A DNA stretch of 60,573 nt from Candidatus Pacearchaeota archaeon (GTDB lineage Archaea; Nanobdellota; Nanobdellia; Pacearchaeales; UBA284). Each line of letters starts with the position of its first letter. Within the stretch, counting starts at the first letter, position 1. Positions 45,343-54,310 of the stretch are shown here, one piece after another. The translations under genes and the position numbers were made by a program. The stretch covers positions 1 to 60,573 of the forward strand of contig JBNAVB010000002.1 in the NCBI GenBank assembly GCA_049699715.1, read 5' to 3'. Under the pieces are notes generated by a model, which made no database searches, was not told the origin of the DNA, and saw only the letters and a list, made by a program, of their open reading frames with translations.

Positions 45343-45372
45343 GTCAAATCCATCATAAAAGATAATTGAAAG

Positions 45373-46206
45373 ATGATTAAAAGAGGCAATCAAAACAAAA
45401 AAGGCCAGGTTACCTTATTTATAATTATTGCTATTGTGATAGTTGCAATAGCAGCTTTGGTGATAGTATTATGGCCAAGGATTTCGGGCTTGTTTATGAC
45501 AAAACAGTCTGCTCAACAGTTGCTCGCGACACAGGGCAGCCAGATCCAAAAAGCAGTGACTGAATGCATTGCGCCAGTTGCAACAGACATATTCTACACA
45601 ATGGGCTGGCAAGCAGGCTATTATACTACAGAGCTCTACGCTGTAGATTTCGGCGGGCCCAAATACGTTGTTCTTTATAAAGATGATAACAAAGTTAGGG
45701 TCAACAAGCTTCCAAGTCTAGAACTCATGAAATCCGAATTTACCCGAGCTCTCGAAGCCGAAGGAAATGCCAGAATTGATTCATGCTTGAATAATTTCGC
45801 CAGTTTTAAGAGAGTTGTTGACATAGAAACCGGAGAAAGGAAAATTAATGCCACAATCACCGAAGATTCAATTTTTATTAACGTAGACTGGCCAATCAAA
45901 CTCTCAAAGACAACAGCCCAAGGAACAGTAGAGCAGACAATAAACCAGAAACAAGTGGAAGTTTTGATTCCCTTAGGAAGAGTATGGACTTTTGCTAATG
46001 ACATAGTCAATTATGAAGCAAAGCAAGACAATTTCGAGGACATGGAAGACAGTTACAACTGGAAATATCCAGAAAGGCGAGAACACCTGTTGCTTTACAC
46101 AGCAAGAGCTCCCACATACAAGCAAGTTATTTACATGATAACCACCGAGCCTTATCGCGAAGGCGAGATGGAATATAACTTTTACTTCGCAGTAGACAGG
46201 AGCTAA
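45373..46206 (+). CDS. type IV pilin-like protein with class III signal peptide (277 aa), paralogue of 41881-42648
   Basis: MIKRGNQNKKG|QVTLFIIIAIVIVAIAAL. The first roughly 80 nt are near-identical to the paralogue except for a 12-nt indel. Confidence 0.6.
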   Translation: MIKRGNQNKKGQVTLFIIIAIVIVAIAALVIVLWPRISGLFMTKQSAQQLLATQGSQIQKAVTECIAPVATDIFYTMGWQAGYYTTELYAVDFGGPKYVVLYKDDNKVRVNKLPSLELMKSEFTRALEAEGNARIDSCLNNFASFKRVVDIETGERKINATITEDSIFINVDWPIKLSKTTAQGTVEQTINQKQVEVLIPLGRVWTFANDIVNYEAKQDNFEDMEDSYNWKYPERREHLLLYTARAPTYKQVIYMITTEPYREGEMEYNFYFAVDRS

Positions 46207-46310
46207 AAAATAATAAAGATAATATAATTAAAGAATAAAAAATAATAATTAAAGAACAAAGAACAAAAATAACAAAAGAAGAGAAGAAAAAACAAGAAAA
46301 AAACAAAGAA

Positions 46311-48275
46311 ATGAAAAACCAAATAACAAAAAAAATTTCAGCATTGTTTCTCTCTATACTTGTAGTCAGCATGACAATCACTTTCTCATTCTCGATGAAC
46401 ACGCCAACTGCCAAGGCAGTTGAGTGGGGCTGTTGCCTTAAATATCAGAACAAATACTGTACTGATGATGTCACAAGAGATGTTTGCGAAGGCATGTTTT
46501 TCACAGGCAAAGCTTGCACGAGTGTGCCAGAATGTAAAGAAGTGTTGTGCAGGCCCGATAACCTTAGAGACTTGCCATTAAACGAAGTTATGGTTACCCA
46601 ATGCCAAGTCAACAAGCATCAGTATGCATGTCGCGATGAGAACAAGGGTGCTGTTGCAAATGAAGAAGTCTGCGCTCTAGGCTGCTGCATGATTCCAGGA
46701 CAGAAAATCGGAAGAGTTTGCCAGACTTTGCCGAAATTTGTGTGCCAGGAACTTGCCAGACGAGATGGAGGCAATTATACCTTTGAAGCAGGCTTGACAA
46801 GTAATGAATGCTATTCAAAATGTGCGGCAGATAAGCTAGGCTGCTGTGTTCTTGGAGGTGGCGACTGTAAATATGGCTCGAGAGGCGAGTGCAGTTCAGA
46901 AACATTTTATGAAGGAATGTTCTGTTATGAGGTTGGCCCGCCCCAGTGCGTCACAGAACATAACGCAAGTTTAGGCTGTTGTAGCTCAGCAGTTGTAGGC
47001 GGGGGCGAGATTAAGCGAGCCATTTGTATGTTCGACAGCCAAGGCAACCAAGAAGAAACTATAAGCGAGTGTCCTTATCCCGAAACTAAATGTGACATTT
47101 GTAATAAGGATACATGCTACGATCACAAAAATAATACAGTAAGCCTTGGCCAGCCTTATTGCAAAGACAGAAGCTGCTATCCTGCCAAGGAAGGCGCAAT
47201 AGGCAGCCAAAAAATTGTTTACGACAATACAACAGGCAAACCAAAAATCGAATTTGTTCCTGCGCCAGAAAAAATGCTCCATGGCTCAAGTGTCTGTTAC
47301 AATTTCTATACTTACTACCAAAGCCCTTCACAATTAAACTTGGACAGCAAGTCAACTGGCTTGCAGAATCAAATCCTAAGATGCGTTGAAGGCAACATCG
47401 AGATCCAAGGCTTGGGCGCAGATCGCGAAACGCTATGCTTGCAAACAAGCACTGTCACAACAGCAGCATTCGACAACAACTGGGAGCAATGCAGAACCTG
47501 CGCGAACAAGTCAGGCTTTTGGAACACGATAGGCGATGCTTTCTTGGCTGTCCCAAAAGGTGGGTGGAAATTTATATTCCCTCTGCAGTTCAGCGCGCCT
47601 TATTGCAAAGCAATAGATGAGGAAAATCCAGGACAATCCTGTAATTCCCTAGGTGAGGTAAAAGTTGCAGACACAACACAACAGATGTGCTGGTTCAATC
47701 AAGATACATCATTCCCTACCAAGATAGGCTCTTGCGATCCTTTATATCCTCCTGGCACAAGCACTCAATGTGCTGAATGCGGCCAAGGTTATGATTCAAT
47801 TTATAATGTCTGCGATGCAGAGGAATGCGCTGCTTTAGGAAATTGCCAGACTAAAGGTTTGGGACTTATTGGCGGAACTTGGAGTTTCTTGAAGATATTC
47901 ATCCCAGCATTTTTAGCAACAAGAATGTCTGTTGTCCCGTCACTAGACTGCATGTCAGAAGCAGCTTGGAAGTGTTTTGGGCCTCATTTCCCTGCATGTT
48001 TCCCAGGCGCTTATGCAGCCTGTCTTGTAGACAGAACTAAATATGTCAATCCATTGTGTTTGCTAAGCGGAATAATAGGATCAGCAATCTCAGGAACTGA
48101 CAGCGATACTCAAGGCAAGATTATTTCAACAATATCATTAATAACAACATTTATCCCAGGACTTCCGGCTTATGTTAGGTTTATAACAGCAGGAATTGGT
48201 ATATGGGGCGCAGCCAAGGGCGGCGGAGGACAACAAGGAGCACAGGCGGTGGCGGGGGATAATCCAAACAAGTGA
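46311..48275 (+). CDS. cysteine-rich secreted protein (654 aa) with hydrophobic C-terminal region
   Basis: Signal peptide ending AKA. Repeated GCC-initiated modules (WGCCLK, LGCCMI, LGCCVL, LGCCSS). Several hydrophobic helices lie near the C-terminus, followed by a GGGGQQG tail. Confidence 0.7.
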   Translation: MKNQITKKISALFLSILVVSMTITFSFSMNTPTAKAVEWGCCLKYQNKYCTDDVTRDVCEGMFFTGKACTSVPECKEVLCRPDNLRDLPLNEVMVTQCQVNKHQYACRDENKGAVANEEVCALGCCMIPGQKIGRVCQTLPKFVCQELARRDGGNYTFEAGLTSNECYSKCAADKLGCCVLGGGDCKYGSRGECSSETFYEGMFCYEVGPPQCVTEHNASLGCCSSAVVGGGEIKRAICMFDSQGNQEETISECPYPETKCDICNKDTCYDHKNNTVSLGQPYCKDRSCYPAKEGAIGSQKIVYDNTTGKPKIEFVPAPEKMLHGSSVCYNFYTYYQSPSQLNLDSKSTGLQNQILRCVEGNIEIQGLGADRETLCLQTSTVTTAAFDNNWEQCRTCANKSGFWNTIGDAFLAVPKGGWKFIFPLQFSAPYCKAIDEENPGQSCNSLGEVKVADTTQQMCWFNQDTSFPTKIGSCDPLYPPGTSTQCAECGQGYDSIYNVCDAEECAALGNCQTKGLGLIGGTWSFLKIFIPAFLATRMSVVPSLDCMSEAAWKCFGPHFPACFPGAYAACLVDRTKYVNPLCLLSGIIGSAISGTDSDTQGKIISTISLITTFIPGLPAYVRFITAGIGIWGAAKGGGGQQGAQAVAGDNPNK

Positions 48276-48276
48276 C

Positions 48277-48476
48277 ATATATCCCGCATAAAATCTAAAA
48301 CAAAAAGAAAGAAATAAAAAAGTAGAAAAAACAAGAAAAGGACAAAAAAATAAGGAAAAGAAGAGAAGAAAAAGCAAGAAAAGAACAAAAAATAAAGAGA
48401 AGAAGAAACAAAACAAAAGACAAAAACAAACACAAACAAAAAAAGAGAAAAAAGAGAAAAGAGAAAAGAACAAAAA
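48277..48476 (+). repeat. about 200-nt polypurine (A>>G, few C, almost no T) low-complexity leader
   Basis: Read directly. It fills the whole gap between the stop at 48275 and ATG 48477. Confidence 0.9.
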
Positions 48477-50891
48477 ATGGCAAGAAAAACACGCAAAAAC
48501 CCTCAAATTGGAAAAAAGAGCATCGCGCTATTCATTATTATCTTAATCATAACAACAACTTTCGCTTTCGTCATGCCAATGAAAAGTGCAGAAGCGGATG
48601 CATCCTCCAGTGAAGAAGAGGGTGCATCCACAAATTTGAGGCTAGAGTATTTCAAAGTCAGTGTTGATGGATTAAGTTGGGGTGAAACAGCAACAGTAAC
48701 AAGTAGGGGAAAGGTTTATTATAAATTTAAAGTTTTAGGCTCTAATGGACGACCCTCTAATGGACCCTTTACATTAAATAGAAGCACCGGAGAAACAGAC
48801 ACAATTACAACAAACCCTTATAAGGGGATTAGCAAACCATTTATAGAATCAGCAACTGTTACATTGTATGCATGTTCTTCTAAGGATGATAAGGAGGGAT
48901 GTACTAAATGGGAAAGTATGGGAAAAGTCGAGGTTGAGGTTGTTGTAAAAGCAGAGGAGGAAGGAGGGGAGACTCCAAGCGGCGGGTCGCAACCAGAAAC
49001 AGTATCATCGCCAGCAAGCAGCAAGGAAAATGCATGGTGGACGATTCCTTGTTTGGGCTTCTTGAAGACAAAACTCGAACCCAAGGCAGCAAAACAATTA
49101 AAATGGGGCCCGTTCTCAAGCTGGGTTGATGCAGCATGGACTGCGTTTTCATTTATGTGGGCACTTGGATTCGCACGTACAGGTGATTTGAATAATGAAT
49201 TCAAATGTGTAGAGGAGCGGCCTCTTGAGGAAGACAAATGCGAGGAATGCGAGGCAGATCCTTTCAGGGTTTGCACTAGCGAGCGTTGCGTGATTCTTGG
49301 CAAGAACTGCTTTGCTGTTGAAAGAGATGACGGCAAAGGGTATCATTGCTTCAAAGGTGAGTGCGAAGACAATGACTTGGCCAAGATAAATAGGATTGAT
49401 TTCAAGTGGTATGTTGGCTCAGCTTTCGAGCCTGCGGGCTCTGAATCCTCAGACTCAAATCAGCTTAAAGTCTCGAAAGAGCTTCCATGGAATGTAACTC
49501 AGGCTTTCTTGAGCACCAAGCAAGACAAAGAAGCAAAATGCAGATGGATTATAGACACTAATGAAGCCAACTTCTCAAACATGAACGATTTCGATGAAAA
49601 CGAGAAATATCCAACAGAGCAGAGCATTAATATTGATATGAGTGAAATAAAAACCGGAGAGCATTATATTTTCATTAAATGCCGAAACAAGTGTAATGTC
49701 ATGAATCCTCCAGAAGATGATAACAATTATGTAAAGTTCAAAATCGCAGAGATTCCAGAAGGAATCCCTCCAATAATCGACTACATCAATCCTGCGCCTC
49801 ACTCATTCATAGACGACAGGCAGAAAAACTTGACAATAGAAATCTGGCTGAACGAGAATGTGGCGAGCAAGCAAGGCTGCGTTTACAGCACAAAAGTGAA
49901 CAACCTTACAAGCAACTGGAGCTTGATGATTCCTTTCGAAGGGCCTCATGGTAATAGCAATAACTCAGTCATAGGAGGAGAATGCATTAACAACCAAGAC
50001 TGCAGATACATCACGAAAAAACAATGCGCTCATTGTTTCTTGTATTTAAACTTAACAAAAGGCTACGAGCAACTCAATGAGACCTTTGCAGAGCTTTTAC
50101 AAGAAAACTTCACTGAAATGAACCTGTCAGAGCTCTTGAATACCGAATCTGGCCTTGCAAAATACTTCAACTTTATCTTCAGATGCCAAGACACTAATGG
50201 AAACAAGAATGAAGGCGATCTTTACTCAATTTTGACTATCCCGCCTTACAATGTTTATGTCCTGGAGCCAGAGAACTTAAATGAAACCTATGAGCGAGAG
50301 AATCTCCCTATAGAAGTAGAGACTTATGGCCTTAATGCCACAGGCGACAATGTCTCGAGAAGCACTTATTGCCATTACAAAGTTCTAGATGGATGGCCAA
50401 AACAACCACAAACAATTCCAGGGACAAAATGGGATGATTTAGCGCCTATAGATGATACCCTTTCATCAATACATATAGGAACAATAAACAGAACATTGCA
50501 GCCTTCGACTTACACAATGTTCGTGAGATGTAGAGACTTGGCAAGAATCGAGATAGCAAACTGGAGCTACTTCAAGATTCTCAAAGATGCCAAAACTCCT
50601 GTGATCCTAAGAATGTATCATGACACAACAGCCGGAGATTATCTTATAGTTGAAACTGATGAAGAAAGTGAGTGTGTTTATGGAACAAGGGACAGCATTA
50701 AATGCAATTATAACTTTAGCGATGGCTCAGCAATGATGACAACAGACAAGTTCTTGCACGCTGCTTACTGGCAGCCGAATAACCTTTATTATATCAAGTG
50801 CAAAGACAGATGGGACAATTATCCAGGCAACAGAAGCAATGCGAATGTATGCACAGCGATAATAGACCCTTACGAAGTGCCACCGTTGTAA
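48477..50891 (+). CDS. large secreted hypothetical protein (804 aa)
   Basis: N-terminus MARKTRKNPQIGKKSIALFIIILIITTTFAFV. Many sequons and scattered Cys pairs. Confidence 0.7.
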   Translation: MARKTRKNPQIGKKSIALFIIILIITTTFAFVMPMKSAEADASSSEEEGASTNLRLEYFKVSVDGLSWGETATVTSRGKVYYKFKVLGSNGRPSNGPFTLNRSTGETDTITTNPYKGISKPFIESATVTLYACSSKDDKEGCTKWESMGKVEVEVVVKAEEEGGETPSGGSQPETVSSPASSKENAWWTIPCLGFLKTKLEPKAAKQLKWGPFSSWVDAAWTAFSFMWALGFARTGDLNNEFKCVEERPLEEDKCEECEADPFRVCTSERCVILGKNCFAVERDDGKGYHCFKGECEDNDLAKINRIDFKWYVGSAFEPAGSESSDSNQLKVSKELPWNVTQAFLSTKQDKEAKCRWIIDTNEANFSNMNDFDENEKYPTEQSINIDMSEIKTGEHYIFIKCRNKCNVMNPPEDDNNYVKFKIAEIPEGIPPIIDYINPAPHSFIDDRQKNLTIEIWLNENVASKQGCVYSTKVNNLTSNWSLMIPFEGPHGNSNNSVIGGECINNQDCRYITKKQCAHCFLYLNLTKGYEQLNETFAELLQENFTEMNLSELLNTESGLAKYFNFIFRCQDTNGNKNEGDLYSILTIPPYNVYVLEPENLNETYERENLPIEVETYGLNATGDNVSRSTYCHYKVLDGWPKQPQTIPGTKWDDLAPIDDTLSSIHIGTINRTLQPSTYTMFVRCRDLARIEIANWSYFKILKDAKTPVILRMYHDTTAGDYLIVETDEESECVYGTRDSIKCNYNFSDGSAMMTTDKFLHAAYWQPNNLYYIKCKDRWDNYPGNRSNANVCTAIIDPYEVPPL

Positions 50892-50922
50892 GTTGATAAA
50901 AGATAAACTTTTTTTCTTGGAG

Positions 50923-51010
50923 AAATCGCGCTTGTCAATAATACTTTATTTAAAGAATTAAAGCTATAAGTTAAAAGAAAAGCCTTCTTAATCAAAAATT
51001 GCGCTTGTCA
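50923..51010. repeat. 15-nt direct repeat AAAT[C/T]GCGCTTGTCA, two copies 73 nt apart
   Basis: Copies at 50923-50937 and 50996-51010, between convergent genes. Confidence 0.8.
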
Positions 51011-51011
51011 T

Positions 51012-51938
51012 TTACTTCTTTCTCTTTTTTCTATTTTCTTGTTTTAGGGGATATAATGGCTGGTAAATCATGTAATTTGGCCTTTCTGCTGTGACCTTCA
51101 ATGTTTTATGATACTCAGCAGCCTTGACAATCCCTGTCCCTAGTTGCTTTCCTAATTCTTTAGGTTCTGTCATTTTCCTGAACTTTTCATAAAGCTCGCT
51201 CGTGGACTCGCCTTTTTTTCTTCTCTCCCTGCCAATGAGTCTGCACAAGTTTAGGTAGGCAAAAGCGATGGTGTGCGCAAGTCTGCCATATTTTTTGAAG
51301 CCCCTTGTTGATATAATGAAATTAGTAGATTTCAAGACCCCGAACCTTGCTTTGCCTTTTTTCACAGCTCGCTCAATATACTCAGAATCCTCGCCGAAAA
51401 AAAGCCTCTCGTCAAAGCCCCCTATCTTGTAATGGATGTCTCTTTTCATAAAAAAGCAGCAATGTCCGTAAGGCTTCCATCTCTCGAAAGAGCGTATCCA
51501 AGTGTTCCCGATAACGTCATAGCAAAGTTTTTCCCACAAAGCTCTCAGCCCCTCCTCTCCTACCTTGGAAAGGCACGAGGCTGCATCGAGGTTTCTTTCA
51601 ATAATTTCTCTCAAGGCCTTTTCAAGAAAACCTTTGGGCAAAACAACATCTGCGTCAAGAAACATCAACAAAGGCGCTCGGGCTTTCCATGCGCCATAAT
51701 TTCTCTGATATGACTGCCCTTTTTTCTTCGGCTGGAAAATCTTCAAGTTTCTAATCTTTGCTTTTTTTGCAACCTTAACAGTCTTGTCTTTAGAATGCGC
51801 ATCAATCACAAGAACTTCAGCGTTTATATTTTTCAAGTTGCTTTTGAGCGAGTTCAAGAGTCTAGGCAGGGCTTTCTCTTCATTTAGTGTAGGAATAATT
51901 ATAGATAGTTCCAATTGCCTACCCTTAATCTTTCCCAT
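51012..51938 (-). CDS. family 2 glycosyltransferase
   Basis: 308 aa with LSIIIPTLNEE, VIDAHSKDKT and FLDADVVLP (DxD). Confidence 0.8.
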   Translation of the reverse strand: MGKIKGRQLELSIIIPTLNEEKALPRLLNSLKSNLKNINAEVLVIDAHSKDKTVKVAKKAKIRNLKIFQPKKKGQSYQRNYGAWKARAPLLMFLDADVVLPKGFLEKALREIIERNLDAASCLSKVGEEGLRALWEKLCYDVIGNTWIRSFERWKPYGHCCFFMKRDIHYKIGGFDERLFFGEDSEYIERAVKKGKARFGVLKSTNFIISTRGFKKYGRLAHTIAFAYLNLCRLIGRERRKKGESTSELYEKFRKMTEPKELGKQLGTGIVKAAEYHKTLKVTAERPNYMIYQPLYPLKQENRKKRKK

Positions 51939-51966
51939 CTTATCTTTAGATATTATGTAGATATTA

Positions 51967-52038
51967 TGGGAACGGAGGGAATCGAACCCCCATTCGCCGG
52001 TCTGGAGCCGGCAGGTCTAGCCTTTGACCTACGTTCCC
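51967..52038 (-). tRNA. tRNA-Trp (anticodon CCA)
   Basis: Reverse complement: GGGAACG...GCCGG-CTCCAGA-CCGGC...GGGGG-TTCGATT-CCCTC-CGTTCCC-A. Confidence 0.9.
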
Positions 52039-52134
52039 TTAAACAGCTCTGGAATTTTTGATAATTCAAATTCTTCCAGTAAGATTGTTTTGTTTTTATC
52101 TATTAAAAATCTATCTTTTTAGTGCTTTTCTCAA

Positions 52135-52521
52135 TTATTCCACGAATTCATCAAAGCACTTGCCTTTTTTTTGTACTTCTTCGAGTGAAATTGCCAAAGC
52201 TTTTCTAGTTTTTTCCAATTTATCAGGCTCGATAAACCACCATCCTTTATGAAGAAACTTTATTGCAATAATGGGGCTTAAACCAAATTTTTCGGCAAAT
52301 TCAATTAAGCCAGAAATTTGTTCTTTGCTCAAATATTTTTTATGATTGCTCGAGAGCTTGACTTCAATGGCATATTTCTTTTTGCCGTTGCCCGCAAATA
52401 AGTCACAATTTGTTTCCTCAATCATGCCCGAGCCTGCAACTCTTGCAACTGCAAATCCTTTCGAGCTCAACAAATGTAATAACTCCCTTTCAGCATCGCT
52501 GCCTCTTTTCTTTTGTGACAT
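52135..52521 (-). CDS. hjc: Holliday junction resolvase Hjc
   Basis: KRGSDAERELLHLLSSKGFAVARVAGSG...AIEVKLS. Start set at ATG 52521; the track start is a TTG 9 nt upstream. Confidence 0.85.
   Translation of the reverse strand: MSQKKRGSDAERELLHLLSSKGFAVARVAGSGMIEETNCDLFAGNGKKKYAIEVKLSSNHKKYLSKEQISGLIEFAEKFGLSPIIAIKFLHKGWWFIEPDKLEKTRKALAISLEEVQKKGKCFDEFVE
52473..52512. repeat. 40-nt direct repeat, copy A (inside hjc 5' end)
   Basis: AATGTAATAACTCCCTTTCAGCATCGCTGCCTCTTTTCTT. Matches 53552-53591 with 1 mismatch. Confidence 0.9.
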
Positions 52522-52522
52522 T

Positions 52523-52954
52523 TTATTCAATAAATTTTTTCAAAGAATTTATTATCTTGGGGATGTCTTCCAAAGCCTCTTTAACTGTGATAGCATTGAT
52601 ATCTTCTCCATAATAGTTTATACCATTTCTAAGTCTTCTGTATCTATCGAATTTTATTGATAGAGAACCCTGCTTCAATACATCTCGTAAGAAATAAGTT
52701 ATAGAGATATGATCTAAAAATTTATATCCTTTCACATATCCAATAGCTTCACAATATTCTCTAAGAGCTTCATACAGCTCCCTAAAAATCGTTTTCAAGG
52801 AGGTTTCTATTAAATGAATGGTTTTGGCTGTTATAATAGCTTGCTCTGAAGACTTAATTAAGCTTTTTGCTCTTATACTGTTTATAGGAACTTTTTTTGC
52901 TTTTCCTTCTTCGAGGCATTCTTTGAAATTCGTTGGTTCCATTTCGCCAGCCAT
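52523..52954 (-). CDS. HEPN-domain protein (putative toxin)
   Basis: 143 aa, helical, with an RRLRNGINYYG motif. Sits immediately downstream of the cognate MNT gene. Confidence 0.7.
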   Translation of the reverse strand: MAGEMEPTNFKECLEEGKAKKVPINSIRAKSLIKSSEQAIITAKTIHLIETSLKTIFRELYEALREYCEAIGYVKGYKFLDHISITYFLRDVLKQGSLSIKFDRYRRLRNGINYYGEDINAITVKEALEDIPKIINSLKKFIE

Positions 52955-52975
52955 TTTTATTATACTATTTCTTTA

Positions 52976-53506
52976 TTATACTACTTCTAATTCTCCAGAA
53001 AGAACTATCCCATTGCATACATTATTTACTAATTCTTTATTCTTTGACTTCGCTATTTCCCATTCTTTTTTTGTAAACTTGTGGAGGCTTATTCTTCTTC
53101 TGAGGATTTTTTCATATTTTTCTAAATTTATTTCTTTTTTGATATTGGTTATCAAACAAATGTCAATATCACTACTTAAATCATCCATCGCTTTAGCATA
53201 GCTTCCGAATAAAACAATAACAGGCATATCGTACTCTTTCTCCAAGTCTTCAATTAAGCGAGATTCTCTGATCTTTTCTAAATTATAAAACAGTTTCAAG
53301 TTGAGAGTTTTCTTTGATAAAAGCAATCTATAAGAAGGATACAACCCCTTTTTGCTTTTCAATAATAACCCTTCTTTGATTAATTTATTTAGATACTGTC
53401 TTACTGTTGTGTGATTTATCTTGGCAATTCTCGCTATTTCTCTGATATAAAATTCTTTATTAGGATTTTCAAAAAAATGGCTTAAAATGGTTATTTTTGT
53501 TTCCAT
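52976..53506 (-). CDS. wHTH-fused minimal nucleotidyltransferase (MNT, putative antitoxin)
   Basis: 176 aa with N-terminal wHTH (FYIREIARIAKINHTTVRQYLNKL) and NTase motif LFGSYAKAMDDLSSDIDICLI. Confidence 0.75.
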   Translation of the reverse strand: METKITILSHFFENPNKEFYIREIARIAKINHTTVRQYLNKLIKEGLLLKSKKGLYPSYRLLLSKKTLNLKLFYNLEKIRESRLIEDLEKEYDMPVIVLFGSYAKAMDDLSSDIDICLITNIKKEINLEKYEKILRRRISLHKFTKKEWEIAKSKNKELVNNVCNGIVLSGELEVV

Positions 53507-53546
53507 TTGTAAATAAATACTTACAAATGTTTATAAATCTTTCCAT

Positions 53547-53597
53547 TTAATAATGTAATAACTCTCTTTCAGCATCGCTGCCTCTTTTCTTGTTCAT
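53547..53597 (-). pseudogene. 16-codon stub duplicating the hjc N-terminus (MNKKRGSDAERELLHY*)
   Basis: Contains repeat copy B (53552-53591). The ATG lies about 27 nt downstream of GTTTAAATAG. Confidence 0.7.
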
Positions 53598-53647
53598 ATT
53601 TCTTTTAACACAACAATCTATTTAAACTTTTTTCGGTCAAAGTATTA

Positions 53648-53884
53648 TTGAAAATGGCAATCGAGAACCCTATTGAAAGCCATGTTACAGGCCCTGCACA
53701 AACAATAGACGAGAAAGCCGAAGCTCTTTTAGCTACGATAAACCTTTATATTTTAAGAAATAATCCAAATTATTGTAAAAAGACTCTCGAAACAGTAGAA
53801 TGGTTTTATTCTAAAAATCATAAAGAAATGTCTTATGGGATTAAAACTAGAATTAAAAAGATAAAGGAGATGTTAATTGGATGA
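53648..53884 (+). CDS. hypothetical small protein (78 aa; ATG at 53654 is the more likely start)
   Basis: ORF only. 8-nt overlap with the next ORF. Confidence 0.45.
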   Translation: MKMAIENPIESHVTGPAQTIDEKAEALLATINLYILRNNPNYCKKTLETVEWFYSKNHKEMSYGIKTRIKKIKEMLIG

Positions 53885-54305
53885 AAAGATGTGCTTGGGT
53901 TTTTTTAATGAGGAAAACGAAGAAAATCAATTCAAAGACATTCATACATTTTTGAAGAAAGAATATGAGATTGTCAAGAATCTCATAGAGTTTTCTGACA
54001 GACTTCTTTTAAGAATGACTGCGCCGAGGATGGAATACGATGCCGCGCTCTGCTTTAGCGAGGCAGAAGAATGCATGACAAATTATAGACTGGCCATTAA
54101 ATCTGCTATTAATGGTATAATTAAAAGATACTGCAGATTCAAATATAAAGAGGCGCTAGACATTAGAACAGTCACGAGCAAATATCTGCCAGAGACGCGC
54201 GCCAGAAACCTAAAACAATTAATAAATAAATTATACAAAGAGAGCAAAGACGAGGAATATCACCCAAAAAACATTAAGCTCTCGCTTTCTGATGGCCCCT
54301 GTTAG
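53877..54305 (+). CDS. hypothetical protein (142 aa)
   Basis: ORF only; helical, Cys-containing. Confidence 0.45.
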   Translation: MDEKMCLGFFNEENEENQFKDIHTFLKKEYEIVKNLIEFSDRLLLRMTAPRMEYDAALCFSEAEECMTNYRLAIKSAINGIIKRYCRFKYKEALDIRTVTSKYLPETRARNLKQLINKLYKESKDEEYHPKNIKLSLSDGPC

Positions 54306-54310
54306 CCAAC

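Noticed and set aside
44855-45372. Possible CRISPR array or minisatellite in the repeat-laden spacer
   Set aside because: The repeats are 10-20 nt, A-rich, heterogeneous and mostly adjacent. There are no regular 25-40-nt repeats with unique spacers, and no cas genes are in the window.
48138-48506. Three overlapping minus-strand ORFs rich in Phe/Leu/Ser
   Set aside because: They are simply the complement of the polypurine tract at 48277-48476 and have no coding signal.
51967-54305. tRNA-Trp-linked integrated element or prophage remnant
   Set aside because: There is no integrase or recombinase, and no partial duplicate of the tRNA was found. The only insertion footprint is the 40-nt hjc duplication around the TA cassette.
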